Of a DNA stretch of 64,000 nucleotides, positions 43,850 to 58,245 are shown piece by piece. The DNA is from Octopus vulgaris. Its lineage: Eukaryota. The notes beneath the pieces are model-generated. The model worked only from the letters and a program-made list of their open reading frames with translations. It searched no databases and was not told where the DNA came from. The position numbers and the translations under genes are program-made. Each line of letters starts with the position of its first letter. The stretch's first letter is position 1. The stretch spans positions 62,806,001-62,870,000 of the forward strand of contig OX597827.1 in NCBI GenBank assembly GCA_951406725.2. The letters run 5' to 3'.

Positions 43850-44470
43850 AAGATGAAGATGGAGAAGAAGAAGAAGAAGAAGAAGAAGAAGAAGAAGAAG
43901 AAGAAGAAGAAGAAGAAGAAGAAGAAGAAGAAGAAGAATGGTAAAGAAATACCAAAGAAGTATAAGGCGCCGAGTGAAGAAGCGTATGAAAGAAATGAAA
44001 TGAAATGAAAGACGAAGAAGAAGAAGAAGGCAAAAATGAAAAGAAAAAGAAAAAAAAAAGCAGAAATGTGAAAGGCAGGAAACTAACTGACACCATCTTA
44101 ACAAAAGACGGAGACAATTAAAAAAATATATATATAAATGAGAGAAATTTTGTTGATGCATAGAGAAACCAAATGTAACATATTGATCAATAAAAATAAA
44201 AATGAATAGCAACAACGACAATAACAACTACAACAACAACGGCAAAGAACAATGTGCGTAGTCTCTCAATCATTATCCCCATCGCCGCTCTCATCACGAC
44301 GACCAAGACCACCACCACCACCATCACCACCACCATCACCACCAACACCACCACCTCCATCATCACCACCATTATCATCATTATCGTCATCGTCGTCGTC
44401 ATCAGCGTCACCATCAGCAACAACGTCATCGAAATAGTCATCAGACATCATTATCAACATCACACGCACT

Positions 44471-44509
<39 letters not shown>

Positions 44510-45365
44510 GTCATCATCATCACTGCCAACCAACGTCAACATCATCACCGTCACCCACCACCAACATCATCATCATCATCATCCACCTCCTCCTCCGGCT
44601 CCACTCTCATCCTCGTCATCATCATCACTGACATCACCACTACCACCACCAACATCATCATCTTCATCATCATCATCGTCGTCTTCATCATCATCATCAT
44701 CATCAATATCACAATCATCTACAACAGGATCACCTCCCCCCCCCCACCGTCATCAGCATCATCGCTACCTACCACTACTATCATCGTGATGATCAGGATC
44801 ATGCTCATCACCAACAAGGTCATCATCATCATCATTAGCATCACCTCTGCTATCACCATCACGATGCTGATCATCATCATCATCATCAGCAACAGCAGCA
44901 GCAGCGCCACCACCACCACTGCCACCACCAACATCACCACCATCACCACCTCCACCATCATCATCATACCATCATCTGTGTTACCACTGCAGCCATTTGT
45001 GAATTACACTGGCAACAATACTAACAAAATCTAAAAAAAAAACAACACAGCGAAAAAAAGTACCAACAATAACAAAAATAGACAAAGCAACAACAACAGC
45101 AACAACAACACCATCATCTATAAGAGTAGACACAATGACGACAACGTTACAAGAACAATGATAAACAAAACAACAATAACAACAGCAATGAAAAACAAAA
45201 CAACACAACAAACATGGCTGCCACAGTGCTGCAACAACAAAATCAAGGACAACAATAGCAATAAGATTCAGTACATGCAGAAAACAATATCATATAATAT
45301 CAAACAATATTGAAAACAATATTAACGCAACAACAACATAAAACAACAACAACAATAGCAACAAA
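43850..45365. repeat. Triplet-repeat mosaic: (GAA)n then (CAC/CAT/CGT)n then (CAA)n
   Basis: Read directly. Confidence 0.9.
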
Positions 45366-46279
45366 TGTTAGAAAACCCTATAGTACCTTCAAGAACCACA
45401 AGTCAAAGACAAAGGCTAGAATCACAATACTTTTAATAAACTACTCAACCACGCTGTGCTTTGGCATATCTAAGAGCTGTTGAACGAATGTGACAGGCAT
45501 TCATAACACATTTTATAATTTGAAGTAGATTTGGCTGCTATTTTAGCAGAGTTGGCAAGCTCTTTAGGCCTCCTTTCTAAAGCATTCGTGGTTAAGGAGG
45601 AGCCTCGCTTAACAGCTGCGTGCTTTGGGAATCAGAACAACTGTAAGGTAAGTGTCTTCTGCTATAGCTCCGTGCCGACCAATGCTTTGTGAGTGACCTT
45701 CGTAGATGGAAACTGTTAGGAAGTCTGAACATGTATACACACACACACTCATACACACACACACACACACTCATACACACACAAAACATAAATTATAAAA
45801 TCACGCCGTATGAGAGGTAACTAGATTTATTTCACCACGAGATTTTCATAGGTTTACGACCGAACGACCGTTTAGTATCCTTCATGTAGTATTAATTTCA
45901 GAATATAAGAAATTATGTCTACATGTTTGCATTAATGTATATATATCGTATATTAAAAAAAAAATTAATGCAAATAAAATAAGCACCTTATCATGGCTAC
46001 ATCAACAGTTGCGAAACGGCCATAATCCTATGGAGATCATATTGTTATATAAATCTATAGTCACCTCTTATACTTCCTAACTTTATATTTTTATATACAC
46101 TTCTCGGAATTATTTTATCCATCGGATTTCTTGTAGTTTTAGTTAGACGGTCTCTTCATATTACACTACTTTGTAATTGATTATTATATGAACTGATAGC
46201 CGACTCTGTATGAGGAGCTTAACATGATATCCACATCATTTTCAAAATCCATATATTATATATATGTGTGTGTGTGTGC

Positions 46280-46710
46280 TAAGAAGCTTGCTTCCGAACC
46301 ACATGGTTCGAGGTTCAGTCCCACTGCGTGGCACCTTGGGCAAGTGCCTTAGACTCGGGTCGACGAAAGCTTTGTCAGTAGATGTGGTAGATGGAAACTG
46401 AAGGACGCCTGTCACATACATATATATGTATATGTATTTATGTGTGTGTATGTGTGTGTGTGTGCGTATGTAAGTGTTTGTGCAAGTCTGCGTGCGCTCT
46501 TGCGCTTATATTGTGTCACCCCACCGACACCGTTTGATAACCTTTGTTAATTTGTTTACACCCCCGCTACTTAGCGGTCTGGCAAAATAAACTGACAGAA
46601 TAAGTTCCAGGCTTTAAAATTAAATAAGTGGTGATGTTCCCGACTGATACCTCTTTCAAGATAGTGCCCCAACATGACCGCAGTTTAAATACTAGAACAA
46701 GTAAAAGATA
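46280..46710 (+). mobile_element. SINE family A (diverged)
   Basis: Head, core and tail recognisable. Confidence 0.8.
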
Positions 46711-47190
46711 GAAAACGAAAAGACAATGGCGTGAGAAAATTTGTTTTGTTGCGTATCCATTCATTATTAAAATGTTTTCACCAACCAACGAAAGAGAACA
46801 TACATTGTTATTTTGACAGCCAAATGTCCCTTACATAACTTACTATTAGTGTCTGTAACAAAAAACTGAATACGTTGGAGAATGTAGGTCGAACTAGCAT
46901 AATGAACTGGAACCTCAGATGGTTTTGTCCATGAGTACATCCGGTTTTTCAATCAACAGACCTTATCTACTATTCGAATTATACTGGAATTTGTTGAATA
47001 TTCTACAGATACTCGTACTGTTACGGTAATTTTCAAGACGAATCAGCGTAATACAACTTACAATTATGTGTCGTCTATTGAATTATGAATACAGGCGACC
47101 CGATGATCACCCACACAGTTTCCGTCTATGCAGTTTTCCTTCCTGGATATATTTTATGACTAGGTTATGACAGTCCCTCACAGATATATA

Positions 47191-47461
47191 AATAAATAAG
47201 TGCGCCCTTCTAAAGCCTAGCTAGGCTCATGAACTCATGGGCTCATAGGCCCGGTTTCCCGGTTTCTAGGGTGTATGTGTTCCACAGCTGGACGGGACGC
47301 CAGTCCATCGCAGCGTTACTCATTTTTGCCTGCTGAGTGGACTGCAGCAACATGTCCTTAAGTGTTTGGCTCAAGAACACAACGCATCGCCGGTCCAGGA
47401 ATCGAAACCATAATCTTGCGATCATGATGCTGACACCCTAACCACTAGTCACGCGCCTCCA
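47191..47461 (-). mobile_element. SINE family C variant with 14-bp TSD
   Basis: ctcacagatatata at 47177-47190 and 47462-47475. Confidence 0.88.
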
Positions 47462-47474
47462 CTCACAGATATAT

Positions 47475-47710
47475 AGGGTTTTCAAAATGTCTCTCCGCAG
47501 TGAATATTTTCATCGCGACTCTCCAAGAGTCAGACTCTCCAAGATGTATTTTAAAACATGTGTAGAAGAATCAAATTATGTATTGAAAATGAAGGACGAC
47601 ATTTTGACCAGCTCGTATAAAGTCTAATATATTCTTTTGTAGTTTTATACCATCTTATAAATATTTATTATGCAATAAAATACTGCGGAGAGACCTTTTT
47701 GAAAACCCCG
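47475..47710. mobile_element. ~235-bp MITE with ~26-bp imperfect TIRs (Tc1/mariner-like)
   Basis: gggttttcaaaatgtctctccgcagt versus actgcggagagacctttttgaaaaccc; the left end follows TA. Confidence 0.7.
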
Positions 47711-48240
47711 CACTTTCAACTGGAGTGATTCCGTTTTGTTCCAACAACACAAGACTCGTCGCTGAGGCCGACGGAAGATCATACGAAATAAACACCCCTT
47801 AAACCTCACATGCATACTCCTCCTATATAATTCTATACCTCCGATTTACAGATTAGCAAACACTTCGAATTTTCGTAGTAGACATTAACTATTGGATGCT
47901 TAAAAAATATTAACGCAGATAAGTCTAACAATTCTCCCAGGTTTTTAATATTTAGAATAGAGTAACGAATATTAGTTTATACGATCGGTAGTTAACACAA
48001 TGGAATTCTTTGCCTGGTTTTCTGAGCACACATTGTATCGTATCAAAGATATATATCATCAGCTCTTTTCATTTGTTTTATACAGCGGTAATAGTTATAC
48101 GCATATATATGTGTGTGTATATAATAATCGCATATATATATATACTTACATTCATTCGCACACAAGTATATGTATTTATGTATGTATGTATGTATGTATG
48201 TATATACACATATATATGTATATACATATACACACACACA

Positions 48241-48402
<162 letters not shown>

Positions 48403-48896
48403 GTGTGCAGATATATGAATGCATATATATATACATACATAGATACACACATACATTCATATATATATATATACATACAAATATATATACATACATATAT
48501 ATATATATATATGTATGTATGTATATTGCACATATATATCATGTGTACATATTTATGGGTATGATCATTTATATATATGTGTATGTGTGTTTGTGTGTGT
48601 GTATGTGTGTGTGTGTGTGCTTGTGTGCGTGTGAGTGTGTGTTTACACATATATACGTATATGTATATTGATAAAAGCTACATTCATAACAGTATATTTT
48701 CTCTTTATGTCATGCAATATTAATGTACGTCTCTATACTATTTTTCGCATAGATTAGTGAGATTAAAAACAAAATTTTTTTTTTTGAAGATATGTAAGTC
48801 TATTTTCTATATAGGTAGGTATTGGTATGCGGTAGTTTTGTATGTGTGTGCTTGAGTGTAAATATGCAAATATATACAGTACATATACTCTTGAAT

Positions 48897-48931
<35 letters not shown>

Positions 48932-48944
48932 ATATATATTGAAT

Positions 48945-48992
<48 letters not shown>

Positions 48993-49144
48993 TGAATACA
49001 AATATATATATATATATATTTATATATGAATATATATATATATATATATATATACTTACATCCATACGTATATTTATATATATAATATATACATATATTC
49101 ATACACATATATACATATATATTATATAATATATATATGTATGA

Positions 49145-49177
<33 letters not shown>

Positions 49178-49195
49178 ATATAATATATATATGTA

Positions 49196-49233
<38 letters not shown>

Positions 49234-49724
49234 CATACACATATCTGTCTATTAATCTTTCTATCGTATATTCAAATATTCATATATGCATATATGGGAG
49301 CCTATCTATCTTGGCTTCTCTCTATCGTTTTTCATCTCGGAATCTAACAGAACACACGCACACATTTACGCAGACGCATTTGTATGAGCGCGCGCGCACA
49401 CACACACACACACTGGCACACTCACACATTTACATACATAGAGACACTCACACGTTTACATATATGCACATATTCTTTTATACCATTATATTGTTACCTT
49501 TCCATTAGTAGCTGTTATTTGATAGCGACCAATCTGGAGCACCGTGCTGAAGCGTTTAGCCGATCAATTAGCGCTCAGCTTTTTCGTTTTGAGGCGTGGT
49601 ACTTTTTTGTCTTTTGTATTCAATTGAAATGCAAAGTTATGGAAACATAAACAAGCAAACCCCGGTTGTGCACATCTGGCATGAGATGACCAGTTATAAA
49701 GCGGACAAATGCAATACCATATGA

Positions 49725-49777
<53 letters not shown>

Positions 49778-50008
49778 TGTGTATGTTTTACTTGTCTCAG
49801 TAATTAGACTGCAGCCAATGTAGGGGCAAGGCCTTGAAGAATTTTTAGTCGAATGATTTTACACCAATACTTATTAAAAAAATTTTTCTTGCTGAGATTG
49901 GTACTTATTCTATCAGTCTCGTCGGCCGAACTGCTAGGCTACGGGGATGTAAACACACCAACGCCGGTTTCAAGCGGTGGTGTGGAACAAACACATACGC
50001 TCGCACAA

Positions 50009-50049
<41 letters not shown>

Positions 50050-50272
50050 CAGAGAGAAGCAGACATTCACATTCAAACGCCTGTTTCAAAAAACTTCTCA
50101 TTACCATTTATGAAACTCACTCAAAGGCATTGATTTTGTAAAAGAAACTTGTAAAATGTGTCACGTAGTAGGACCCAACCCAAATACCCACGGTTTCGGT
50201 GGCACACAAGTTAAGCTTCCACCTACCGCCACTAAACTTGAATGTAAAAGCCATCTACATTTAAATACTTAC

Positions 50273-50585
50273 ATCACCGTGATCACCGTGACCGACCAGG
50301 CTATCAGATGTTGCTACACATCGCTGGTCACAATGTGCTTCGCATTGTTTTAGCCTTCAACTGACGCCACCCTGCTGGCTAAGCGAGCAGGCAAACAGAA
50401 GAAAGTGTGAGAGAAAGTTGTGGCGAAAGAGTACAGCTGGGATCGCCACAACCCCCTGCCGGAGACTCGTGGGGCTTTAGGTGTTTTCGTTCAATAAACA
50501 CTCACAACGTCCGGTCGGGGAATCAAAACCGCGATCCTACGACCGCGAGTCCGCTGCCCTAACCACTGGGCCATTGTGCCTCCAC
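50273..50585 (-). mobile_element. SINE family D, full length
   Basis: Minus head gtggaggcacaatggcccagtggttagggcagcggactcgcggtc (A box tggcccagtgg), B-box-like gttttgattccc. Confidence 0.88.
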
Positions 50586-50625
50586 TAATTACATAATGTA
50601 CTCTATATATTTCATAGACACGATC

Positions 50626-50857
50626 TCTTTCTTTACTACCCACAAAGGGCTAAACACAGAGAGGACAAACAATGAAAGACAAACAGATTAAGTCGATTAT
50701 ATCGACCCCAGTACGTAACTGGTACTTATTTAATCGACCCCGAAAGGATGAAAGGCAAAGTCGACCTCGGCAGAATTTGAACTCAGAACGTAGCGGCAGA
50801 CGAAATACCGATAAGCATTTCGCCCGGTGTGCTAACGATTCTGCCAGCTCTCCGCCT
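50626..50857 (-). mobile_element. SINE family B with 15-bp TSD
   Basis: ttcat(a/g)gacacgatc at 50611-50625 and 50858-50872. Confidence 0.92.
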
Positions 50858-51447
50858 TTCATGGACACGATCGTGTTTCGAGCAACCAGACATTCATTGA
50901 AATATATGCACACGTGGTGCTTTCATCAACAGACTAAAAGAAGATTGATAACACAGATATCCCGTACATATATTCTTCGGAGTAGCAGCAGGTGATGTGT
51001 AGAATCAGCCGAAGCATCAAAAATGCTCGTGTACTTAATTTGATTTCTAAATGACTTCAAAAACATTTGTTCAACTATCAAAATGGACATTAAAAATGGA
51101 CTAGAAAATTGGCTTACAGAAATTAGCTGTTACGCTAATTATAATAAGCCGAAACCTTCAAGCCATAAAGAAAATACTTTCTGTGCAAAGCTATTAGCAG
51201 AGAGCTCAATGAAAGTGAAACGCCAAGTTTAGAGCAATGGTATAATGGTATACAAATACAGCTATTTTAGAGCAATAACGTAATGATATACAAGCTGAGC
51301 TACGTAGAAGAGGCACCTGAAAATAAAATCAGTCTACATTTTCAAATAAATATTTAATGCATTCTCTATGTTCTAAACGTGTGTGTAAATATGTGTTGTA
51401 TATACATATACATGTCTGTGTCTGTATACATATATGTATGTGTTAGC

Positions 51448-51491
<44 letters not shown>

Positions 51492-51768
51492 ATATGTGTA
51501 CATATAAATACACACATGCATGCATGCATCCATCCATCCATACATCCATATATGTATTCCATTTATAGATAATAGATGTTGGTTTTCTTCATGGTTTATG
51601 AATTGTTGTTTATTATATTCATCGTCATTTTTTGTTAAATTTGACTTGACTAAATTCTAAACATTACCACACACACATACACACACACTCAGAGACACAC
51701 ACAGACACACATGTATATATATATATGCATGTGTACGTATATATTTACGTATATATCTGTATGTGTAC

Positions 51769-51815
<47 letters not shown>

Positions 51816-52516
51816 CAGAAAGATAGACAGTGCGCGTGCGATTATAAGAGTGGAAGAGAAGGTGAGTGTGTGTGAGACAGAGTGAGAGAAGGAGGGAGAG
51901 AGAAAGAGTGAGAGAGGGGAAGAGAGAGAGAGGAATACACACAGAGTATTACTATATATAGTGTAGACAATTTTTTGTCAGAGTACTGTATTTGAGAAAA
52001 AGCTGGAACTTGTATGAAGTATTTAAATTCTAATCTGAATAAGGAAAGAAAACCAAAAAAAAAAATTTACATAGAAGTAATAGTTGTTTCCATGAATAGC
52101 ATAATCTTCAGTTCTTACAGTTTTTTTTTTGCGACTAATGCTGTACAAATAGTGTGTTTTTCGTATTCTGTTATTACGTTGTCTTCTCGATTGCGTAATG
52201 CGTATTTTTACGTGGATCTTTACGTCTAAGGACAGGTGTGGCTGTGTGGTTAAGTTGCTCGCTTTGCAAGGGAACGGAGCGGTTGCAGGTTCAGTTCCAC
52301 TGGTCGGCAATTCGGCAGATTGGGCATGTGTCTTTTACCGTAGCTCTGGGTTCGACCAAAACTTTGAGGGTAAATTTGGCAGAATATTTGCTGTGGCCCA
52401 TCTTTTATACCAAGACATAACAATATACATGATAACACTTCCAATCAGTTAAGATCAGAAGCCATGAGAGCCACTGTCTGGTACAGCATCAGGACATTTA
52501 CTATTATTATTATTAC

Positions 52517-52591
<75 letters not shown>

Positions 52592-53141
52592 CGAGTGAGA
52601 GAGAAACACATACCATCAAAGTGACACTGGGATAAAATATACGAAGCCCAATATACCCATCATGACTACCCTGAAAAGGGCACATCACCCACACGCATCA
52701 AAACCATATGTACGCGACATGGTGATCCCATACCAATATAAACAGCGCATGCATGATCTTCAAGATGGGTGCCAGTTAGAATTTTCTTCAAGGCGAATAG
52801 GCCATCCTGCTCAAGAGGTCCCAGAATAAGGGTTGTTTAAGAGCGTTGAACGAACCACCCATGTTTCCAGAGATGAATTATCTAAACCCACAAAATTTCT
52901 TTCAAAACATGCCTATGCTGCTCCCCAACTACTTCTGCTTGTGATCACAGATGCACATATCGTCAACCACTAAGGGACATGCTCAACCAGTTACGGTCAA
53001 ACAACTGACAAGCAAATCTGTAGTATTGAGCAGAATATTTGCTGTAGCCCATCTTGTATACCAAAACAAAACATGTACATGATAACACTTCCAATCAGTA
53101 GAAATCAAGAGAGTCATTGCCTGGTACTGCATCAGAGCATT
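52592..53141 (-). mobile_element. (TAA)n-flanked non-coding element, apparently complete
   Basis: (TTA)n on both sides; similar to 28519-29030; its right end is repeated at 52378-52500. Confidence 0.8.
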
Positions 53142-53152
53142 ATTACTATTAC

Positions 53153-53197
<45 letters not shown>

Positions 53198-54615
53198 GGA
53201 CGGTATTGGGTCAATTCTTGCAAAAACCATTAGTCAACTTTTTTCGTGTTTCCGAACGCCCGGGTTTGGGGGGAGAGGGAAATGGTAATAGGAGTGATGA
53301 GAAGTGTGTCGTTATCAGAAGCACCAACAAAATAATGCAGTCGATTCTATCGCCTATATTACCGCCTAACTAGACGTTCCACCCCCCTAAGTCACCCCAC
53401 TTCGGCTTGTGTCAAACTAAGAAATCAATTATTTACGTTCAGCCAATAATAAGACGTTGAAAATTGAAGTCACGGCAGAACAGCAGAACAGCAGAATAGT
53501 AGAACGGCAGAACGACAGAACGGCATCTGTGCGCTTGATACTTTATCTGTGTGCAACACTACCCGTTTGGTAATGGCATTAAGAAAAATATATTACCAGA
53601 CAAACTCTATTTTCTGTTTAGTTTATGTAATTTTCCATTATTCATAAGCAATAAAGCATTCTATTTTGTAAGAAAGCATGATTAATATACGGGATTTCTC
53701 GCTCTGAGAGTGCTGACAGAGGCTGGACAGCATTGATTTTTATGGCAGTATGGTATCACGTTATTTGTTTGTTGTTGTTGTTGTTGATGATGAAGATGAT
53801 GATGATGACGAGGATGATGATGATAATGATGACGGTGGTTTATCCTTCACCGCTTCTGCCGCTTCTATTCACCAGCTTTCTCTCTCTCTCTCTAATAATC
53901 GAACAGACCTATGATCGAAAGTGTCCCATTTATTATCAACACGCCTGCTATTGTATTCGTTTGTTTTTGTCTTTAATGATATTCGGTTTTAGCGTAAGGC
54001 CGTGACGCAAGTATGGTCATGAAGTTTAGGTTTAGTTTATATTGCATCAAATGGGTTTGGGTTCGTTTCCTCTACGCGGTACTTTTGGCAATTATCTATA
54101 ATGGTTTCAAATTTTAGCAGAAAGCCAGAAATTTCTGGACCGGGAACACGACAGTATTCAACTGGTACTTATTTTATCGACCCCGAAAGTATGAAAGGTA
54201 AAGTTGATTTTGGCGGAATTTGAACTCAGAGGCACACTAAATGCCGCTAAGCGTTTTGCCCGGCGTGCTAAGTTTCTTCCAGCTCGCCATAACTTCCCCG
54301 AGTCTTGCGAATAAAACTTTGAAAACAGAAACTATGTAGTTTATCGGATGTATTGTACCTGCTAACTTATTCCATTACCTGGATTATCGCCATCACCTGG
54401 CCACTGAGTGGCTGTGATGGAGTCCACTATATAAATTACAAATTTTGTCATAAGGCCAGCAAGTTCCGGGGAGGAAGATTGTCGATCATATCAACCCCAG
54501 TATTAAACTGGTACTTATTTTTTCGACTTCGAAATAATACCAAAGTCAAATTCGGCGGATTGAACTCAGAACGTAAAGACAATATACCGCTAAGCATTTT
54601 GCCCAGTGTGCCAGT

Positions 54616-55088
54616 AGCGGTGGTGAATCCCTACTGTCACGTTCGTGTTAGATTGACAGTATACAACCATTCTATCGCCCCACCACCGTACATGTCTCTA
54701 CGAGAGATTTAGAAATTTAGTATTTCTTATTTTGATAATCAGTGAATAGACTTCACTGAATTATAGATATATACAATACGAAGTCGAGACAAATATCACC
54801 AGCTGACCGGTGTCTGCTACTCTAGGCCGATGAAGGACAATGATCCTGAAACACGTGTCCCTAGATGCAGCTCCGGCGGCCGGGGGTGTTTGTCTCCCCT
54901 TCGTAAATGTATATAAGGACACAGGGAAAAATGTGTCAAAGCCATCAGGAGGCGTCGATGCTTCCTAGGGCTATACAGCGGTGATGTACCCCCCTACTGT
55001 CACGTTCGTGTTAGATTGACAGTATACAACCATTCTATTGCCCCACCACCGTACATGTCTCTACGAAAGATTTAGAAATTTAGTATTT

Positions 55089-55093
<5 letters not shown>
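54616..55093 (+). mobile_element. 363-bp-period partial tandem repeat with hammerhead (retrozyme-like or Penelope pseudo-LTR-like)
   Basis: 54616-54730 is repeated at 54977-55093 (offset 363); HHR lies in between; ends in (TA)n. Confidence 0.8.
54814..54870 (+). ncRNA. Type I hammerhead ribozyme (U4C core variant)
   Basis: Stem I tctagg/cctaga extended by ctgc/gcag, core CCGATGA, stem II agga/tcct, GAAA, palindromic ACACGTGT, GUC site (predicted cut after 54859). Confidence 0.8.
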
Positions 55094-55182
<89 letters not shown>

Positions 55183-55219
55183 TGTATTTATGTATGTATG
55201 TATGTGTGTGTGTGTATAT

Positions 55220-55415
55220 GTTTGTGTCTGTGTTTGCCCCCCCCCCCCCCCACCGATGCTGGTATGCTTACGTCCCCGTAACTTATCGGTTCGGCAAAAG
55301 AGACCGAAAGAATAAGCACTAGGCTTACAAAGAATAAGTCCTGGGGTCGATTTCTTCCACTAAAGGCGGTGCTCCAGCATGACCACAATCAAATGACTGA
55401 AACAAGTAAAAGAGT
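55220..55415 (+). mobile_element. SINE family A 3' half
   Basis: Body and tail after a (TA)/(TATG) tract. Confidence 0.85.
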
Positions 55416-56547
55416 ATACAACTGTAGCCGATGCTTCTAACTTGTCGAGAAGCGGTGTAAAAATCTCTCTCAACTAATCTACGTTTTGTGGTACTCCTAA
55501 CTGTCAGAAAGAGGCTCTATATCTCCTAAGAATGTCACCTATAATAGACTGCCGTTCTTCCCTAGGAAAATATTTTCTCTCGTATCTGGCTAATCCTATG
55601 AAACTAGAGATAAATATTTGTAACTATGAATCCTTTTAAAGAACTCTAACTCTATAGCTCTGTAGCTCTATAACTCTGTAGATAATTTGCTCAGTGACTT
55701 CGTAGGTATATATTATTTAGATAGTTGTAGTGTGTGTGTGTGAATTGTGTCTGTTTCTACCTCCACGTGAATTGTACGTGGAATATCTTTAGGTCTAGTA
55801 TTTTACGCGGATTCTTTTTATGGCTTCTGTATATACTCCGTAGAAATTTTTCTGGATTATACAATGTATATCGTACGTTATCTATTTTTTGGCTGTTTCT
55901 ATTTTCCTTAAGAGTAAGAATTCTTTTCGTAGTTTTCTTCTGTGTTTGTTTATCTTCGGAATTATATTTTTTTTTCAGGGAATCCTAAAATCTAGATTTT
56001 ACTAAATTATAAATTTTTTCCTTCTTTTTTTTTTTTCTGAGGTGAGGACTCTTTCTTAATGTTTTATTGATTTTGTTACGTAAATCTTTCTTGGTTGTAT
56101 GTTTCTGAATCGTATTATCTCCATTCTAGGGCTCCGTATTACTTACGTATGTTTTCTACATTAATCTGCTATATGTATATATGAAACTGTGTGTATGTAG
56201 TTGCGTTCCTTTTAGTCTGAACGCATTTTTCCTTTTATTTTAGGCTCATGAGTTATACTTCCTCGTGATAATCCTGTAACATTTTTTGTTGCTTATATTC
56301 ATGGAAACCCAAATTCATAACTACTCTGAGTAGAGTATTCTAACGGTAAAATGCCCATTCTGTGTTTTTTTTTCACCTTTGCAAATAGGCATAGTAGTGT
56401 GGTTAAGAAGCTCAGCTTGTAGTCACGCGATTTCGGGTTCAATCTCACTTTGCGGCATTTTGATCCTCTGTTTCAGCCCGAGGATGATTTATGCCTTGTT
56501 GGTGAATTTGTTATACGGAAACTGTGTGTAAGACCGTGGTGTATATA

Positions 56548-57195
56548 TATATTATCAATAATAATAATAATAGGTAAAATTGATTAATTATTTAATAATT
56601 AATAATTTTACCAAGTAGTTCGATATGTTAAAAGAACCATTATCGGTAAACTTAAACAAATTTGTTTATAATTATGAGTATAATTATAATTAGGGTTCAG
56701 CAAAAAATTTGCTTCACCATATACCGAAATTTAAAAATAGTAGTTAAAACTAGGTATTTCCCTACCATAAGAAAATCTCCCAGACAACAATACTCAACAA
56801 CCAACGTAGGCAAAGAGAAAAAATAACGAATTCACCCAACTTTGATTTTCGGAGTTAGATAGATGTGAAAAATGCAAAAACCAAATTTTAACTCCATCAT
56901 TCTCGCTCTTCAGGACAGTATTTCAAGATTTTAAATTTGATAGCACTGTAAAAAATTAAACATACCTTATCTGATCAAGCGTCATCAGACACTACATCTA
57001 ATAATCAGAACTTCTGAATTCAAACAGACGAATGAGATCTCGTATTCTCCCTCACATACACACGTGTATTATTGAGTAAAATTCTACAGAAAAACTGTAG
57101 TTTACTATCAGGGAGAGAATTATATTATCAATAATAATAAATGGTAAAGTCAATTAATAAATAATTAATAATTTTACCAAGTAGTTCGGTATGTA
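56548..57195 (-). mobile_element. AT-rich partial tandem element (~570-bp period), related to 63704-63990
   Basis: tatattatcaataataataa...aattttaccaagtagttcg occurs at ~56548 and ~57121; ataattataattagggttcagc...tgcttcacca is shared with 63706. Confidence 0.6.
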
Positions 57196-57599
57196 TTCTA
57201 AATAAGGCTCTTGGATAAAAAAGACAGACCGGTGGTTTGCTGCTACTGGGATGCAAATTGGGAATTGATCAACCCCGGTTGGGTCAACTGGGCGAAGGGG
57301 TCTGAGGTTGAAAGGCACTGATCTTATAACAATCACGGGATATATCTTAACACTAAATCTAAACTAATCGATGTTTTGTTAGGGAATAGTGTATCTAAAA
57401 CCACATTATCTAATGTGTCATATCTCTTAATATTGAACGAGTAGGATTTCGCTACTGTTTCCACAAGGGCAGGCAACCACCTAAAGGTTCCGTCGTTGTT
57501 GGCCTATAGTTTATTTTCGTTGGTGTTGCTGCGGCAGGTGGGGTATTTATACTCTATGAAGCTCTTATGAGTCGGTATGACTCGGGAAGGTAACTTTCC

Positions 57600-57790
57600 A
57601 GTTGGATCACCCAGCGTTCCTAACTGAAATGGCTTGTATTCAACCATCTCGTTTTTGGTCTACCTCTTGGTCCCATGGCGGTTGGTTGGGCTTCAGGAAT
57701 CTCTGTTGCGATCGTTTTCCTGTTGCAATTCGAGATACGCATCTTGCCAAGTAACGTTACTCCAGAGAACTTCGGAGGAACCCACTCCTG
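57600..57790 (-). pseudogene. RTE-like LINE C-terminal remnant
   Basis: GPRGRPKTRWL resembles the RTE G.R.RGRP..RW motif. Confidence 0.5.
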
Positions 57791-57934
57791 CCCCTTCTGT
57801 TCGTGATCGTACTCTTTCCTCATTACACCGTTTTACTGAAAATAATTTTAGGTTTCTTTATTAGCCATACAGGGCTGAACACAGAGGGGACAAAATACGA
57901 AGTAGAGCTTTTCTTTTTGAGGAGGAAAAAAAAA

Positions 57935-58245
57935 GACCGCATCTCGGGCAGGTCGGCCCCGTGTTTCTCGAGCCGTGTCTGTAGAGCTTATCCCGAACGG
58001 GTAGCACTTCTCGGTAGCACTGCCAGGCCAGGGATCTCTGGAAGTTGTCCATAGGTCCCGTCACGAAAGTCGTCTTGAATAGGCGGGTCAGGTATTCCTC
58101 GTCGACGCCCTGGTTCGCCCCGAGATCGTCGTCGTACCTCCCCTCCACTAATTCCCTATAGAATGCTTTGGTTGCGTTGAAGTCACTCAAGGTCGACCCA
58201 GGACGACATAGTTGCTTGAAAGCAACGCGACACTCATGGTGCCAT
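57935..58245 (-). pseudogene. L1/Tx1-type LINE ORF2 fragment (zf-RVT region)
   Basis: GC-richer island; translation ..FQRSLAWQCYREVLPVRDKLYRHG..TCPRCG fits the zf-RVT pattern W....LP....L...C..C. Confidence 0.75.

Noticed and set aside
44187-45211. His/Pro/Thr-rich ORFs
   Set aside because: Degenerate triplet microsatellite mosaic with no domain or splice context.
52430-52500. Resemblance to U2 snRNA
   Set aside because: Only a vague similarity; no branch-point recognition sequence or Sm site.
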